The notes under the pieces were generated by a model. It was not told the origin of the DNA and did no database searches. It worked only from the letters and a program-made list of their open reading frames with translations. A program made the translations under genes and the position numbers. Of a stretch of 64,000 bases of DNA, positions 46,213 to 55,874 are shown piece after piece; the stretch's first letter is position 1; every line of letters begins with the position of its first letter. Source of the DNA: a virus; the IMG/VR virus record IMGVR_UViG_3300031132_000002, one strand, 5' to 3'.

Positions 46213-48807
46213 TTAGTGACACTCAGCCCAGGATCTTCCTACGTCATAACCCGCAGTTAACTCTACATTTAGACCGTAGTATCGCCCAGCCTCCGTTACG
46301 GCAGTAACAGCCAATTCTCCAGCACGGGAATAAGCACTATAGAAACCACCGCGAGGCGAAGGATGCAGGTTAGCCCATTTACGACCTTCCTTCTCTTCCA
46401 ACTCTGCAAGAAGTTGTTTAGCCCTCTTCTCACAAGCTTTATCAATTGCTGCCTGCTCTTTCTCGTCTTCTACCTTCACCCAACCTAGTTCTTCTGGTCT
46501 CCACCATTTAAACTCAACCAGTTCTTTAGAGACTTCCACCTGTGCCTCATCGTGATAGGCGATCATTTGTTGAGCAAAAGGCATATTCTTCCAATCGTCA
46601 ACAAAGAAGTCACACAGCAAACCTTCTTCTTCAATGTAGTCATCATACAACACCATTGCACGTTTAGCACAAATAACACCGCCTGATTGGAACAGAGAGT
46701 TCAGGATAGCGTGAGCGGAACGAGTAGGGACTTTACGACCATCAATACCAGGAACGTAAGTTTTACCTGTTGCTGTCCAGTATGCAGACAACTTCTCTTT
46801 CAGATCTGCTAAAGGCTTCGCTGCTTCCCAGAAACCTCCAAACACCAGTTCACCAGTGTAAAGGTCACTACCGATAGTCTTGGCAACACGAGCCGCCTGA
46901 CTACCATAAGTACAACCGTATTTCACTGCCTTAGCACTGCCACGTTCAAACTTCTTACCGAGGATCTCAGAGATCTTTTCAGCAGTCTTAGTGTGAACAT
47001 CGTTGGGCTTATCCAACAGCAATGAGTTGCAGTATGGCTGACCTTCAACATCATATTTCCAAGTGTAGTGCGCTTCGATACGTGCTTCAAGGCTATCAAA
47101 GTCGTAACCGATTTGGAAGTAGTTAGGTGTATCTGCTCCAAACAAACTACGCATCTGTTCACCATACAGCGAAGTAACGCGAGGAATGTTTGCCACTGAC
47201 CTGTGCTTCATACGGCTTGTTGCCGCATCACACGTAGCCGCAGGTGTAGGGATTCGACCATCAGCCCTTACCGCAGCAACATAACCTTTATCTGGCTCTT
47301 CCTCTGGATCATCCCAATCAACACCACCGCCCAAGATAGAGTTACGACGATGCTTGAATGTCAGGTATTCCACAATGTCGATTGCAAACGGGAACTGCTC
47401 TGCAATCAGTGATAGGTTAGGGCAAATCTCTTTCTCCTGGCCCTTTGTAAAGCTAGGATTAGTTCTTACCTTAACACCACGCCCTTTTGCGATACGTGCT
47501 CTTAGAGTGGCTTCTAGGCGGTCTGGTGTACATTCCAGATGTTCACAACGATCATTCAGGAAGTTAGATTCAAAGGTTTGTTTCAGATAGTCCTGAATAC
47601 CTTTTTCCATCGCAGCATCTTCCTTTCGGTTCTTGGTGCCGGACTTCAAAGTAATGTCTTTATCCTTGTACTCACTTGGATTCCATCCCAAACCAACGAG
47701 CCAGTTTTTAATGTGCGTTGTATCGTTCAGCGTAGCCGGAACGTTAGGATCACAAATCGGAACTTCGGCTTCGAGCGGTAATGTAAACTCTTTACCTAGC
47801 GCTTTCAAGATGTAACCACCATTACCATCACCTACTAATTCACCGCCGTGTTTTGCAGCAAACTTGATAATGTTGGACGTAGGTTCTCCGTTCTTCTTGA
47901 ACTGCAACTTAGGTGGAATAAAATCTTTCAGATAACCCTTAGTGGCAGGCTTAGGTGGAAGAATAGGCTCTGCACGTTGACGGCGCTCCTCCATCTTTTC
48001 ATCAAGATCATTAATGTTAGCTTCTGCTTTCTTCATATCGAAGGCAAAGCCACGGTGTTCCTGTCGAGTGATAATGTCAGCTACACGCTGCTCAAGGATG
48101 AACGGGTCTAACCACTTGTCATAATCGCCCCACTCTTCTTGCAACATACGATATACAGCGGTGTTAGCCTTGTTGTCGTAGATACAGTAATACATCATAT
48201 CCGCAGCAAAAGTCTTAAATCGATCTTCTACAGGAATCTCTTTACGGAAATCACGTTTTACATCACCACCTGCTTTCTGTGATAGTGCGTCCAGGCTGTG
48301 ACCACCGAAGCGATCTGGGTTTAACACCTTACTCAGAATCATTGAGTCGATAATTTCTACGTTACTATCGCCCCAAGTGTTGTATTTAACACTGTAGTTC
48401 AGCTTGTAGAACAGCTTAACGGCTAAGAAGTCATAGTTAATGGTGTTATGACCAATGGCACGTTCAACTTTATACTCAGGTTTATCTGCAAAGTAACCTG
48501 TATGATTGACAAAATCAATAAACATACTAAGAGGAAAGTGAGTATAGTCCACTGGAACGTATTCTTTCAACTCGTATGTGTACTTATCGTCAGATTCAGT
48601 ATAAGGACGACCATCAAAGACATACTTATCACCATCGTGGAAGCCGACAATCTCTCCGCTTTCGTGGTTCTCCAGCACAATACAGTGCATACCGAAGCTG
48701 TCCCGCAGTCGATAAGGACTCTGCTTGTAGTCGATAGACGATTCTCGCAGTAAGTCTGTTGCCTCAATATCCCAAGTATAGGTATTCAGGGGAATATCAC
48801 CAATCAT
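46213..48807 (-). CDS. DNA polymerase family A with 3'-5' exonuclease
   Basis: DIEA, GHN..YD, YCIYD (exonuclease); DFDSLEAR, RGSAKAVKYG, YHDE (polymerase motifs A, B, C). Confidence 0.95.
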   Translation of the reverse strand: MIGDIPLNTYTWDIEATDLLRESSIDYKQSPYRLRDSFGMHCIVLENHESGEIVGFHDGDKYVFDGRPYTESDDKYTYELKEYVPVDYTHFPLSMFIDFVNHTGYFADKPEYKVERAIGHNTINYDFLAVKLFYKLNYSVKYNTWGDSNVEIIDSMILSKVLNPDRFGGHSLDALSQKAGGDVKRDFRKEIPVEDRFKTFAADMMYYCIYDNKANTAVYRMLQEEWGDYDKWLDPFILEQRVADIITRQEHRGFAFDMKKAEANINDLDEKMEERRQRAEPILPPKPATKGYLKDFIPPKLQFKKNGEPTSNIIKFAAKHGGELVGDGNGGYILKALGKEFTLPLEAEVPICDPNVPATLNDTTHIKNWLVGLGWNPSEYKDKDITLKSGTKNRKEDAAMEKGIQDYLKQTFESNFLNDRCEHLECTPDRLEATLRARIAKGRGVKVRTNPSFTKGQEKEICPNLSLIAEQFPFAIDIVEYLTFKHRRNSILGGGVDWDDPEEEPDKGYVAAVRADGRIPTPAATCDAATSRMKHRSVANIPRVTSLYGEQMRSLFGADTPNYFQIGYDFDSLEARIEAHYTWKYDVEGQPYCNSLLLDKPNDVHTKTAEKISEILGKKFERGSAKAVKYGCTYGSQAARVAKTIGSDLYTGELVFGGFWEAAKPLADLKEKLSAYWTATGKTYVPGIDGRKVPTRSAHAILNSLFQSGGVICAKRAMVLYDDYIEEEGLLCDFFVDDWKNMPFAQQMIAYHDEAQVEVSKELVEFKWWRPEELGWVKVEDEKEQAAIDKACEKRAKQLLAELEEKEGRKWANLHPSPRGGFYSAYSRAGELAVTAVTEAGRYYGLNVELTAGYDVGRSWAECH

Positions 48808-48865
48808 TTCCTCTCCTTTTGTTATTTATTAGGGGGCAGAGTATACACTAAACCCCTCTGCTCTG

Positions 48866-49207
48866 TCAATACTCCGAAATTTTAAATAGTGCTGTAGGAA
48901 CTTCTGATCCTACTAGTCCAACACGGTAAGTTTCCAGCGTACCCGAGTGCCCATCGAACCAAGAAAGAACCTCTTTATCTGATCCCTTAGAAGCAAGACG
49001 AATACGAACATCACTACCTTCCAGCTTTAGAAGGGTAGGGACGCATTCACTTGTCATTTGAAGAGAAATAAATACTTCTCCTTGCTCGTAGTAAATCTTC
49101 TCTCCAGCAACAAATCCATAAAGGGCAACATCACCCTCTTCTGTTTCTAGATAAGCACTAACCGAAGAAGGATCATATACCGAAAGACCACGTAACATCA
49201 CTGCCAT
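48866..49207 (-). CDS. tail tube protein paralog with internal deletion
   Basis: AAGGAG RBS; MLRGLSVYDPSSV / YGF...KI / GEVFISLQMTSE match tube MLTGVMAYDPSNI / YGF...KI / GTMTISLQRTSE. Confidence 0.72.
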   Translation of the reverse strand: MAVMLRGLSVYDPSSVSAYLETEEGDVALYGFVAGEKIYYEQGEVFISLQMTSECVPTLLKLEGSDVRIRLASKGSDKEVLSWFDGHSGTLETYRVGLVGSEVPTALFKISEY

Positions 49208-49243
49208 TTTAAAACTCCTTTAAGGGGCTTTCGCCCCATTAGA

Positions 49244-51022
49244 TTAAAACTTCATATCGCCGCCAATGTTGGCGGGATTGCTAAAGTACTGCTCTTTATC
49301 GTGCAGCGTAGCTGTTTTGATATCGTAGTAGAAGTTACCCGCAGCACCTGTCTCAGAAAACTCACGGTTTTTCAGGATGAAACAGTTTGTTGTGTTACGT
49401 TCAATCGGATCTTCCGCTGCTTTATCACGTTCAAGTGCAATTGTGATGCCTGCACCTTTAGCAAGGAAGCTACTGCCCATTGTGTCATCTTCGGTGATGT
49501 GCTCATTGTTACCGTTAGCTGACTTCTTAACGTGAGAAATCACGATAATGGTGATGCCGTACTCTTTCATAATACGCTTCAACCAAGTAGCCAATTCCTC
49601 CTGCTCACGAACATCCATACCTGAGAGTAAGTCTGAGTATGGGTCAATGACCAGAATTGTTACACCGTAGTGTACAACCATCTCCAGCACTTTCTCTTTA
49701 ACACTCTCAACGCTTGCTCCACGGTCATCACAGACAAAGAACTTTGGAGTACCGTCTGGACGTTCATAGAATGCACGAATGCGTTGTTCGTTATCCAGCA
49801 AGATAGCTTCCCGTTCTTCTGGTGTCTTCCTGTGCAGAGGAATATGCAGATAAGAAGAAAGCAAGTTACGAGAGTATTTCTTGTATGTGGCTTCCAGTGA
49901 CAGGATACCTAAAACATCCTCAGGATGCTCTACAATGATATGCTTCGTTACTTCGTTCACCAATAGAGTTTTACCGATACTGGTTTTAGCCAGGATAACA
50001 GTAATCTCTTCTCGCACCAAACCACCACCAAGCATATTTGCAGCAACACGCATAAACGCTGGCAGCGTGATAATCTGTGCATCCATACACTCAAGCGCAG
50101 CTTCAAACAGCATATTCGAGGCATAAACACCTGCTGGAGTATACAGCTTAGACTTGAAGAACTGAGTCATAAAGTGATCTTTCTTTCCGTCTTCCAGCGC
50201 CTGATTTGGATCTTTGCAGTCCAAAGTCATCACGTAGACACGGTTACGAGGCAGTACTTTAACACACTTCTCCATCGCTTCTTGACCAGCTTTATCATTA
50301 TCCAGACAGAGAATGATTTTCTTGAACTGATTCAAGAAGTTATACTGACTCTGTAGTTGACGATGAAGAGAAGTCTCACCACAAGTTCCTGATACTACAG
50401 CAATCTCTGGGTATTTACCAGCAGGATCGTTGTCTTTCAGTAGCTGTACAGCCGCCAGTTGATCGTGCTCACCACCTACAATCAGGATTGTACCGGAAGC
50501 ATTACGGTATTTGAACTGACCAAACAGGTCACATTCTTTACCTGTTTCACCCAGAGGGCCAGGGTGTGCAAATTCTTTAGGGTGTTCTCTCACCTTATAA
50601 CCTGCAATCTCATATCCCTTTGTCACAGGATAATAGGTGCGGAAGATACTACCATCACTTGCATATTCGTACCGAACACCAAGAGGCTTTGAAATATCCT
50701 CTCGAATACCACGGTAGTTTTTAGGGTGTGTACCAGTAATCTCCTTTAACTTTTTGTGAATCTCAGCATTGAATTCTCTTCCCACTATTTCTTCCTCTTC
50801 TTCTAGTTCTTGACCATTTTCTCTTAACCATTTTTGACTCGGGATGGTGTATTCACAAGAGAAACAGAATCCACCTTTATGTTCTTCATCTGAATCCAAG
50901 CCATATACCATAAGGTTATTTCCTGAACGATCCCTTCCCTTGCTTACGCAACGGGGGCAAGCCTGATGCCCTTCTCGTGATAAATCAACTTCTACGCCAT
51001 ACTTCTTAATGATGAAGCCCAT
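49244..51022 (-). CDS. primase-helicase (T7 gp4-like)
   Basis: CPRC...CFSC zinc finger; GGEHD and DND TOPRIM; AKTSIGKT Walker A; VIDP. Confidence 0.93.
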   Translation of the reverse strand: MGFIIKKYGVEVDLSREGHQACPRCVSKGRDRSGNNLMVYGLDSDEEHKGGFCFSCEYTIPSQKWLRENGQELEEEEEIVGREFNAEIHKKLKEITGTHPKNYRGIREDISKPLGVRYEYASDGSIFRTYYPVTKGYEIAGYKVREHPKEFAHPGPLGETGKECDLFGQFKYRNASGTILIVGGEHDQLAAVQLLKDNDPAGKYPEIAVVSGTCGETSLHRQLQSQYNFLNQFKKIILCLDNDKAGQEAMEKCVKVLPRNRVYVMTLDCKDPNQALEDGKKDHFMTQFFKSKLYTPAGVYASNMLFEAALECMDAQIITLPAFMRVAANMLGGGLVREEITVILAKTSIGKTLLVNEVTKHIIVEHPEDVLGILSLEATYKKYSRNLLSSYLHIPLHRKTPEEREAILLDNEQRIRAFYERPDGTPKFFVCDDRGASVESVKEKVLEMVVHYGVTILVIDPYSDLLSGMDVREQEELATWLKRIMKEYGITIIVISHVKKSANGNNEHITEDDTMGSSFLAKGAGITIALERDKAAEDPIERNTTNCFILKNREFSETGAAGNFYYDIKTATLHDKEQYFSNPANIGGDMKF

Positions 51023-51038
51023 TACTACTCCTTACTTA

Positions 51039-51308
51039 TTAGAATCCCTCATTATCGTACATAACGTTTTCAATAGCATCTTCACGTAATTTTGCTTGAA
51101 GCTCTCGCATCAACTCTTCTTTACTGACATATCCAGCCCAAGGCTTACCGTCTTGAGTGAGAGAAATAATATCGACAAAGAAACCACCTTGATAATCCCA
51201 ATCGCTATCTACACAATAAGGGTCTGGTGCATTATATTCACAAGCCACTTCTACCTGAATCTTTTCGCCCAGGTCAGTTTTATAATCAAAATCATAAGTT
51301 ACGTACAT
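51039..51308 (-). CDS. hypothetical protein
   Basis: Coupled ORF; DSDWDYQG. Confidence 0.65.
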   Translation of the reverse strand: MYVTYDFDYKTDLGEKIQVEVACEYNAPDPYCVDSDWDYQGGFFVDIISLTQDGKPWAGYVSKEELMRELQAKLREDAIENVMYDNEGF

Positions 51309-52255
51309 TAAATCCCCTTAAAAATATCTCGACGAATATCATTCATCTGTTTAATCGTGTAATGCTTGCGAACGTGTTCCGCTAAGCCCTTTCCAACTTC
51401 CTCTGCAAAATCAGGTGAAGTATATAACAGAGAAGTCATATCTTCCCACTGCATTATATCTTTTGCATATAGCAGGTAATCAGACAACGTTTCGTCATCA
51501 TAGCAATCCACCTTGGAGCAGATAATAGGCAAACCCTTGGCACCAGCCTCAAGTATTTTCAGGTTGCTCTTAGACCTGTTGAAGTTTGAATCTTCTAAAG
51601 GAGCCAAGGATACAGCGTGACCGTCATAGGCTTGCATATAGCTGTCAAGAGAACGATGATGCTCATATTTAGCGTAAGGCAGAATGTTCTTAGATATATC
51701 CATCCACTCCTGCTTCGCCACAGGCTCTGAGGCGTCTGTCTTGTAGCCACAAACGGTAAGTCTGTCGCCCAGATCAGGGAGTTCCCTCAGATCATTCTTG
51801 TGCGTCTCACTACCCGCCCAAACAAAGTAGGACTTGGATTTTTTATCCTCGGATAGTGTAAACCCTTTCTCATCAAAAGGCAAGCCATTTGGAACAATAA
51901 ATACGTTCTTATTGTACTGAGACAATTCTTCTGCCAGACGACTAGTGGTTGTTAGCACAACATCACTATTCTGCAAACACCAGATCAGCTCTGCACGGAT
52001 GCCGGAGTTAAAGACAGGCCACAGTACGTGGTCAATAGGGAGGTCAAGGCTGTCATCAAGATCCATTACAATCTTGAAACCTGCTTCTCTCAGTTTAGTA
52101 ATGCCTTCTCTACCGTGTGTTGGTAGACCATTAAAGACATAGATATCCGATTTAGTGGTGAAGTTATCACCTGTAAGGTAGGGCAAATAGATACGATGGT
52201 AGTCGCATACACTGAGTTCAGCAGCGCCGCGATCATCAACTAAAATCTTAGGCAT
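51308..52255 (-). CDS. glycosyltransferase, GT-B fold
   Basis: YHRI, MDLDD, VPNGLP, WAGS, FNRSKSNLKILEAGAKGLPIICS. Confidence 0.85.
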   Translation of the reverse strand: MPKILVDDRGAAELSVCDYHRIYLPYLTGDNFTTKSDIYVFNGLPTHGREGITKLREAGFKIVMDLDDSLDLPIDHVLWPVFNSGIRAELIWCLQNSDVVLTTTSRLAEELSQYNKNVFIVPNGLPFDEKGFTLSEDKKSKSYFVWAGSETHKNDLRELPDLGDRLTVCGYKTDASEPVAKQEWMDISKNILPYAKYEHHRSLDSYMQAYDGHAVSLAPLEDSNFNRSKSNLKILEAGAKGLPIICSKVDCYDDETLSDYLLYAKDIMQWEDMTSLLYTSPDFAEEVGKGLAEHVRKHYTIKQMNDIRRDIFKGI

Positions 52256-52282
52256 TTTTCTCCTCTTAAAGGGCCGAAGCCC

Positions 52283-53293
52283 TTATTTTAAACTCTCATA
52301 TACCTGGCGTCTAAGTTCATTAGCATCATCCAGTGAGTAATGTAATCTAACGTGCTCTGCCAATGCAGCACCACGATCTTCGCAGTAGGAAGGATTATTA
52401 AGGTAACGATTCAACTCCTGTTCCCACTCCCAAGTTTTGCTTGCGTAATCAACGAAAGGTTCATCAATGGGATTGAAATATGGTAATACTCGGGAACAAA
52501 TAATTGGTAATCCTTTTGCACCTGCTTCTAAGATCTTTAAGTTAGATTTACAGCTATTAAACTTATTATCCATTAAAGGGGCAATAGCTAAGCGGTGTCC
52601 ATCATAAACCTGCATATAGTTTTTGATATCCGCTACAGCATTCACTAAGTTTACTCCTTCGAAAGAAGCCTTGATCTTTAGCCACTCTTTCGCTGAGGCT
52701 TCCTTGTGAGATCCTATTGCAACTCTATTAATGTCCTCATAGCCAGCTAACGTCAGGAGATTATTATCATCTAATGCCCAAGCTACAGCCTGTAGATCTC
52801 CTGCGTGAGAAGCTCCACCTGCCCAAACCACCGGAGTACTGGAGGTTTTGTTGAGGCTTAGAGTAAACTGACTCTTATCGAAAGGCAAGCTATTTCTAAT
52901 CACAACAATGTTCTTGTGATAGGGTCTCAACTTCGATGCTAAAACCTCTGTAGTGACCGTCACAACGTCTGCAAGTTTTAGGTATGCAATCGCCTGTCCT
53001 GCAAAGTCTGTTGCTGAGAATGCGTTGTACAGATAATGCGAAGGGTCTAACTCAAAGAAGTCATCCCAATCCACAACAATTTTAACTCCTTGAGCCTTCA
53101 TACGCTCCAAGAGATCCAAACCACCTGAGAAGATCCTATTGAACACCAGGATATCCGCTCTAGGACTGAACACAGCCCCGCTATCATATAGAGGCATTGT
53201 GACACGATGATAATCACAGCTACTGTTCGGTTTCAGATCTAAGAACAGATCAAATTCCTTGGGCTTCTGCGTATGACCAGTAAACTTTTCCAT
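52283..53293 (-). CDS. glycosyltransferase, GT-B fold (paralog of previous)
   Basis: YHRV, VDWDD, WAGG, FNSCKSNLKILEAGAKGLPIICS; start at MEKFTG after GGAGG. Confidence 0.85.
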   Translation of the reverse strand: MEKFTGHTQKPKEFDLFLDLKPNSSCDYHRVTMPLYDSGAVFSPRADILVFNRIFSGGLDLLERMKAQGVKIVVDWDDFFELDPSHYLYNAFSATDFAGQAIAYLKLADVVTVTTEVLASKLRPYHKNIVVIRNSLPFDKSQFTLSLNKTSSTPVVWAGGASHAGDLQAVAWALDDNNLLTLAGYEDINRVAIGSHKEASAKEWLKIKASFEGVNLVNAVADIKNYMQVYDGHRLAIAPLMDNKFNSCKSNLKILEAGAKGLPIICSRVLPYFNPIDEPFVDYASKTWEWEQELNRYLNNPSYCEDRGAALAEHVRLHYSLDDANELRRQVYESLK

Positions 53294-53930
53294 TTCTAAC
53301 GTCCTCCAGCGACTTATGATATTCATCTACATTCTGACCAACACCAAACTCCTTAGCCTCTTTTGTCATATTGATATAAGGCGTAGGATTATTACCAAAA
53401 ACATCGTCTGGATGAATGTAAGCCATAACACGAACTGGACAAGGGAATCCGTAGATACCTTGGTTAAGCAACCCTGCTTTCTGCAACTCTTGGATACGGT
53501 ATACATATTCAGTATCTTCGAAGCCGTAAGCATTTGTGAAGCGACGATAGAAGCCAGCCGTCTCTACGAGTTTACGTGAGTACAGTGCAAACTGGACGAG
53601 ACAACGTTCAAAGGCTAGAATTTCTCCACCATTACCGCCGACAATAGGATCTTTAAAATACTCTGGCATTCCGAAGAAGTCCCAGCCTTGCTCTGCCTGA
53701 GAGACAAAGTAATCCTGCCAACCATCCATCGCAGGATGAACATCGTCATCGAAGATAAACCAGTAATCGCAGCCTTCCTCGTAAAACTTATTCATCAGGA
53801 AGTTTCTGCCATAAGCAGCACCCTTCCGCTCTGTATCATTGAATACTTCGAACAGATCACCCTCGCGTAAACGATAATCTGGGAGTGGACGTTTGCCCAC
53901 TGTAATTACTCCAATACCAATCTTAGACAT
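53250..53930 (-). CDS. glycosyltransferase, GT-A (family 2-like)
   Basis: GAAYGRN, FIFDDD and YGFEDTEY motifs. Confidence 0.82.
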   Translation of the reverse strand: MSKIGIGVITVGKRPLPDYRLREGDLFEVFNDTERKGAAYGRNFLMNKFYEEGCDYWFIFDDDVHPAMDGWQDYFVSQAEQGWDFFGMPEYFKDPIVGGNGGEILAFERCLVQFALYSRKLVETAGFYRRFTNAYGFEDTEYVYRIQELQKAGLLNQGIYGFPCPVRVMAYIHPDDVFGNNPTPYINMTKEAKEFGVGQNVDEYHKSLEDVRNGKVYWSYAEAQGI

Positions 53931-54510
53931 TTGATTCTCCTGGTGTGTACACTTTGGAGAAGTCTTGGCAATGCATCAGATGGCTAATCGCACGTTGAGG
54001 ATCTTCTGCACCTAATCGATATAGGTGGAAAATATAAATACCTCGGGCAATGCCTAGACGCTTTCCTGCCTTCTTTAACTTCTCAGACAAAATAATATCA
54101 AACTGAATAGATTTCTCTTCAATAGGAAAATCTTTCCATAATGACTTTCTGAACAGCAGGAACATTCCAGCTAACACTTGGTCATCAGGGACTTCTTCAA
54201 TTTGAAGTTTGTGTTCTTCGTAGGCTTGAACCGCAAGATCCATATGAAAGAGAATATCTGGGTTCTCGCTACGTCTACGGTCGAATAGTTGATATGTACC
54301 GCCTAAGCGGTTTGTTGCACATCCGATAAGGTCAAACTCAGGATTTGATGCGACTAGTTGCTCAATCCAAGCTCCCTGTTGGGGATGAAGAAACATTGTA
54401 TCTGTGTCTCTTAAGCAGATCCAAGAGTCATCGGGAAGGCTACTGATTGTCTCGTTGATTGCTTTGCCGATATCCCCTGTATGATAAGGGGTGATGTGAT
54501 AGATGCTGAT
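53923..54510 (-). CDS. glycosyltransferase, GT-A (family 2-like), probable ATC start
   Basis: Frame open 38 codons upstream of the called Met and includes WICLRDTD (DxD); AGGAGG 5 nt before ATC; AGMFLLF and IFHLYR. Confidence 0.75.
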   Translation of the reverse strand: MSIYHITPYHTGDIGKAINETISSLPDDSWICLRDTDTMFLHPQQGAWIEQLVASNPEFDLIGCATNRLGGTYQLFDRRRSENPDILFHMDLAVQAYEEHKLQIEEVPDDQVLAGMFLLFRKSLWKDFPIEEKSIQFDIILSEKLKKAGKRLGIARGIYIFHLYRLGAEDPQRAISHLMHCQDFSKVYTPGESNV

Positions 54511-54605
54511 AACGTCCTCCTACAAAAATGTGGAGAGGTTTTCTCTCCACTTCTTAATACTACCACCAAAAGTGTTTGATGGGAAATCGGTTTTACCTAT
54601 CAATC

Positions 54606-54779
54606 TTAAGAGCGGGACTTAATCTCCGATAATACATTGATAAGTAACATCCTTTCATCTTCGAGCGCTGCTCCTAGTTCACGAACGTTATCTGTTGCAA
54701 CGTCACGAAGTTTAATCAGCTTATCTGTACTGATAGTGCTGAGGTCATCCCAGCGGTCAACTACCTTACCATCCTTCAT
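54606..54779 (-). CDS. small hypothetical protein
   Basis: MKDGKVVDRWDDLSTISTDKLIKLRD...; overlaps upstream stop. Confidence 0.5.
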   Translation of the reverse strand: MKDGKVVDRWDDLSTISTDKLIKLRDVATDNVRELGAALEDERMLLINVLSEIKSRS

Positions 54780-54984
54780 CTTCTACAGCCCCCGCTACTT
54801 TGATTGCACATTCTTTACACAAACCCTGAGAGCTATTCTTTTCAAAACTGATAAACGGATCATAAGGTTGTTTCCGGCTATCGTGAATAGTGTCTTTCAG
54901 GCAGTTTGCGCACAGGTATTTTTTAACTGTGAACTTTTCAATCTTCTTTTTACGATTGAAGTCTACCTTAATTACGTCACCCAT
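54766..54984 (-). CDS. zinc-finger hypothetical protein
   Basis: MGDVIKVDF...CANC...CKEC; GGAGG RBS. Confidence 0.65.
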   Translation of the reverse strand: MGDVIKVDFNRKKKIEKFTVKKYLCANCLKDTIHDSRKQPYDPFISFEKNSSQGLCKECAIKVAGAVEDEGW

Positions 54985-55271
54985 TAATGTACCTCCCGAT
55001 AAATAGCTGGTTGTGCGGCTGTGATGCCGGTATGCATTGCCTCTTTGTTCTCTGTGTAGAGTAACCAATACTCACGACAGACGACTAAAGACAACATCAG
55101 ATATTCTTCGTGGTCAATATATTCAATCTTCCACAGAATGTCTTCATCTTCCAGCTTTACACCGAAAACAGGAAGCATACGCTCCAGGTTACAACGAGAT
55201 TGGAACACTTCTTCTTCTGTCATCCCATTAATCAGCACGTTTGCCACTACAGTAGTATTATCGCGTTCCAT
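54984..55271 (-). CDS. hypothetical protein
   Basis: AGGAGA RBS before MERDNTT. Confidence 0.65.
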   Translation of the reverse strand: MERDNTTVVANVLINGMTEEEVFQSRCNLERMLPVFGVKLEDEDILWKIEYIDHEEYLMLSLVVCREYWLLYTENKEAMHTGITAAQPAIYREVH

Positions 55272-55281
55272 TTTATATCTC

Positions 55282-55761
55282 CTATTTGTAAAATTGATGT
55301 TCTTTGTATCTGTAGACCAACACCATATCACGTTGCCAAGCTGTTCTTACAGTTCTTTTCTTAAAGTGTGTAGCGCCTTTCGTAGGATCTGCTGCCTTTC
55401 TGACCTCGGGAAAGTTTGCATCTAAGTATAACAGCTTCTTTGCTATCACCTTAGCATCTTCCCAACTCTTTTTGTCGTAGGCTCGGAAAGAACCTGCTCC
55501 AGTATACGAGAATTGTCCTCTTTGGTACAGCACTCCTTTCACACTACTAGGGTATCCAGAATCATCGGTGCGATTGATAACCACATTACCAACAGCAACC
55601 ATTCCTTTCTTACCCTGACCTCGACTCTCAGCATACATTGCACAGGCTAATAAGTCAACCTTCGCATCATTCCTTGTACACTTATGCGAGACTGAGGTTT
55701 TTGCATCAACACTTGGAGATACTACAGCAAGAGTTAACGCAAGTAAAGGTGCAACTAACAT
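55282..55761 (-). CDS. SleB-family cell wall hydrolase
   Basis: Signal peptide; AMYAESRG, AVGNVVINR, GQFS, DPTKGATHF, HQFY. Confidence 0.9.
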   Translation of the reverse strand: MLVAPLLALTLAVVSPSVDAKTSVSHKCTRNDAKVDLLACAMYAESRGQGKKGMVAVGNVVINRTDDSGYPSSVKGVLYQRGQFSYTGAGSFRAYDKKSWEDAKVIAKKLLYLDANFPEVRKAADPTKGATHFKKRTVRTAWQRDMVLVYRYKEHQFYK

Positions 55762-55874
55762 CTTTTTCTCTCCTTTCAGGGGGTTAAGTAGCAAACTTGC
55801 CTCCTCTATTTCGAGAGTGTACTTTAACACTAACGACTACATAAAGAAAGAGGGCCGAAGCCCTCTCTTAAATC

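Noticed and set aside
46213-48807. Intein or intron in the DNA polymerase
   Set aside because: Continuous ORF with no Cys...HN/S splice motifs.
46105-55870. Recurrent AAGGGCCGAAGCCCT element (about 46107, 52268, 55851; inverse at 27614)
   Set aside because: Ordinary UUCG-loop terminator or stability hairpins at gene ends, not a mobile repeat.
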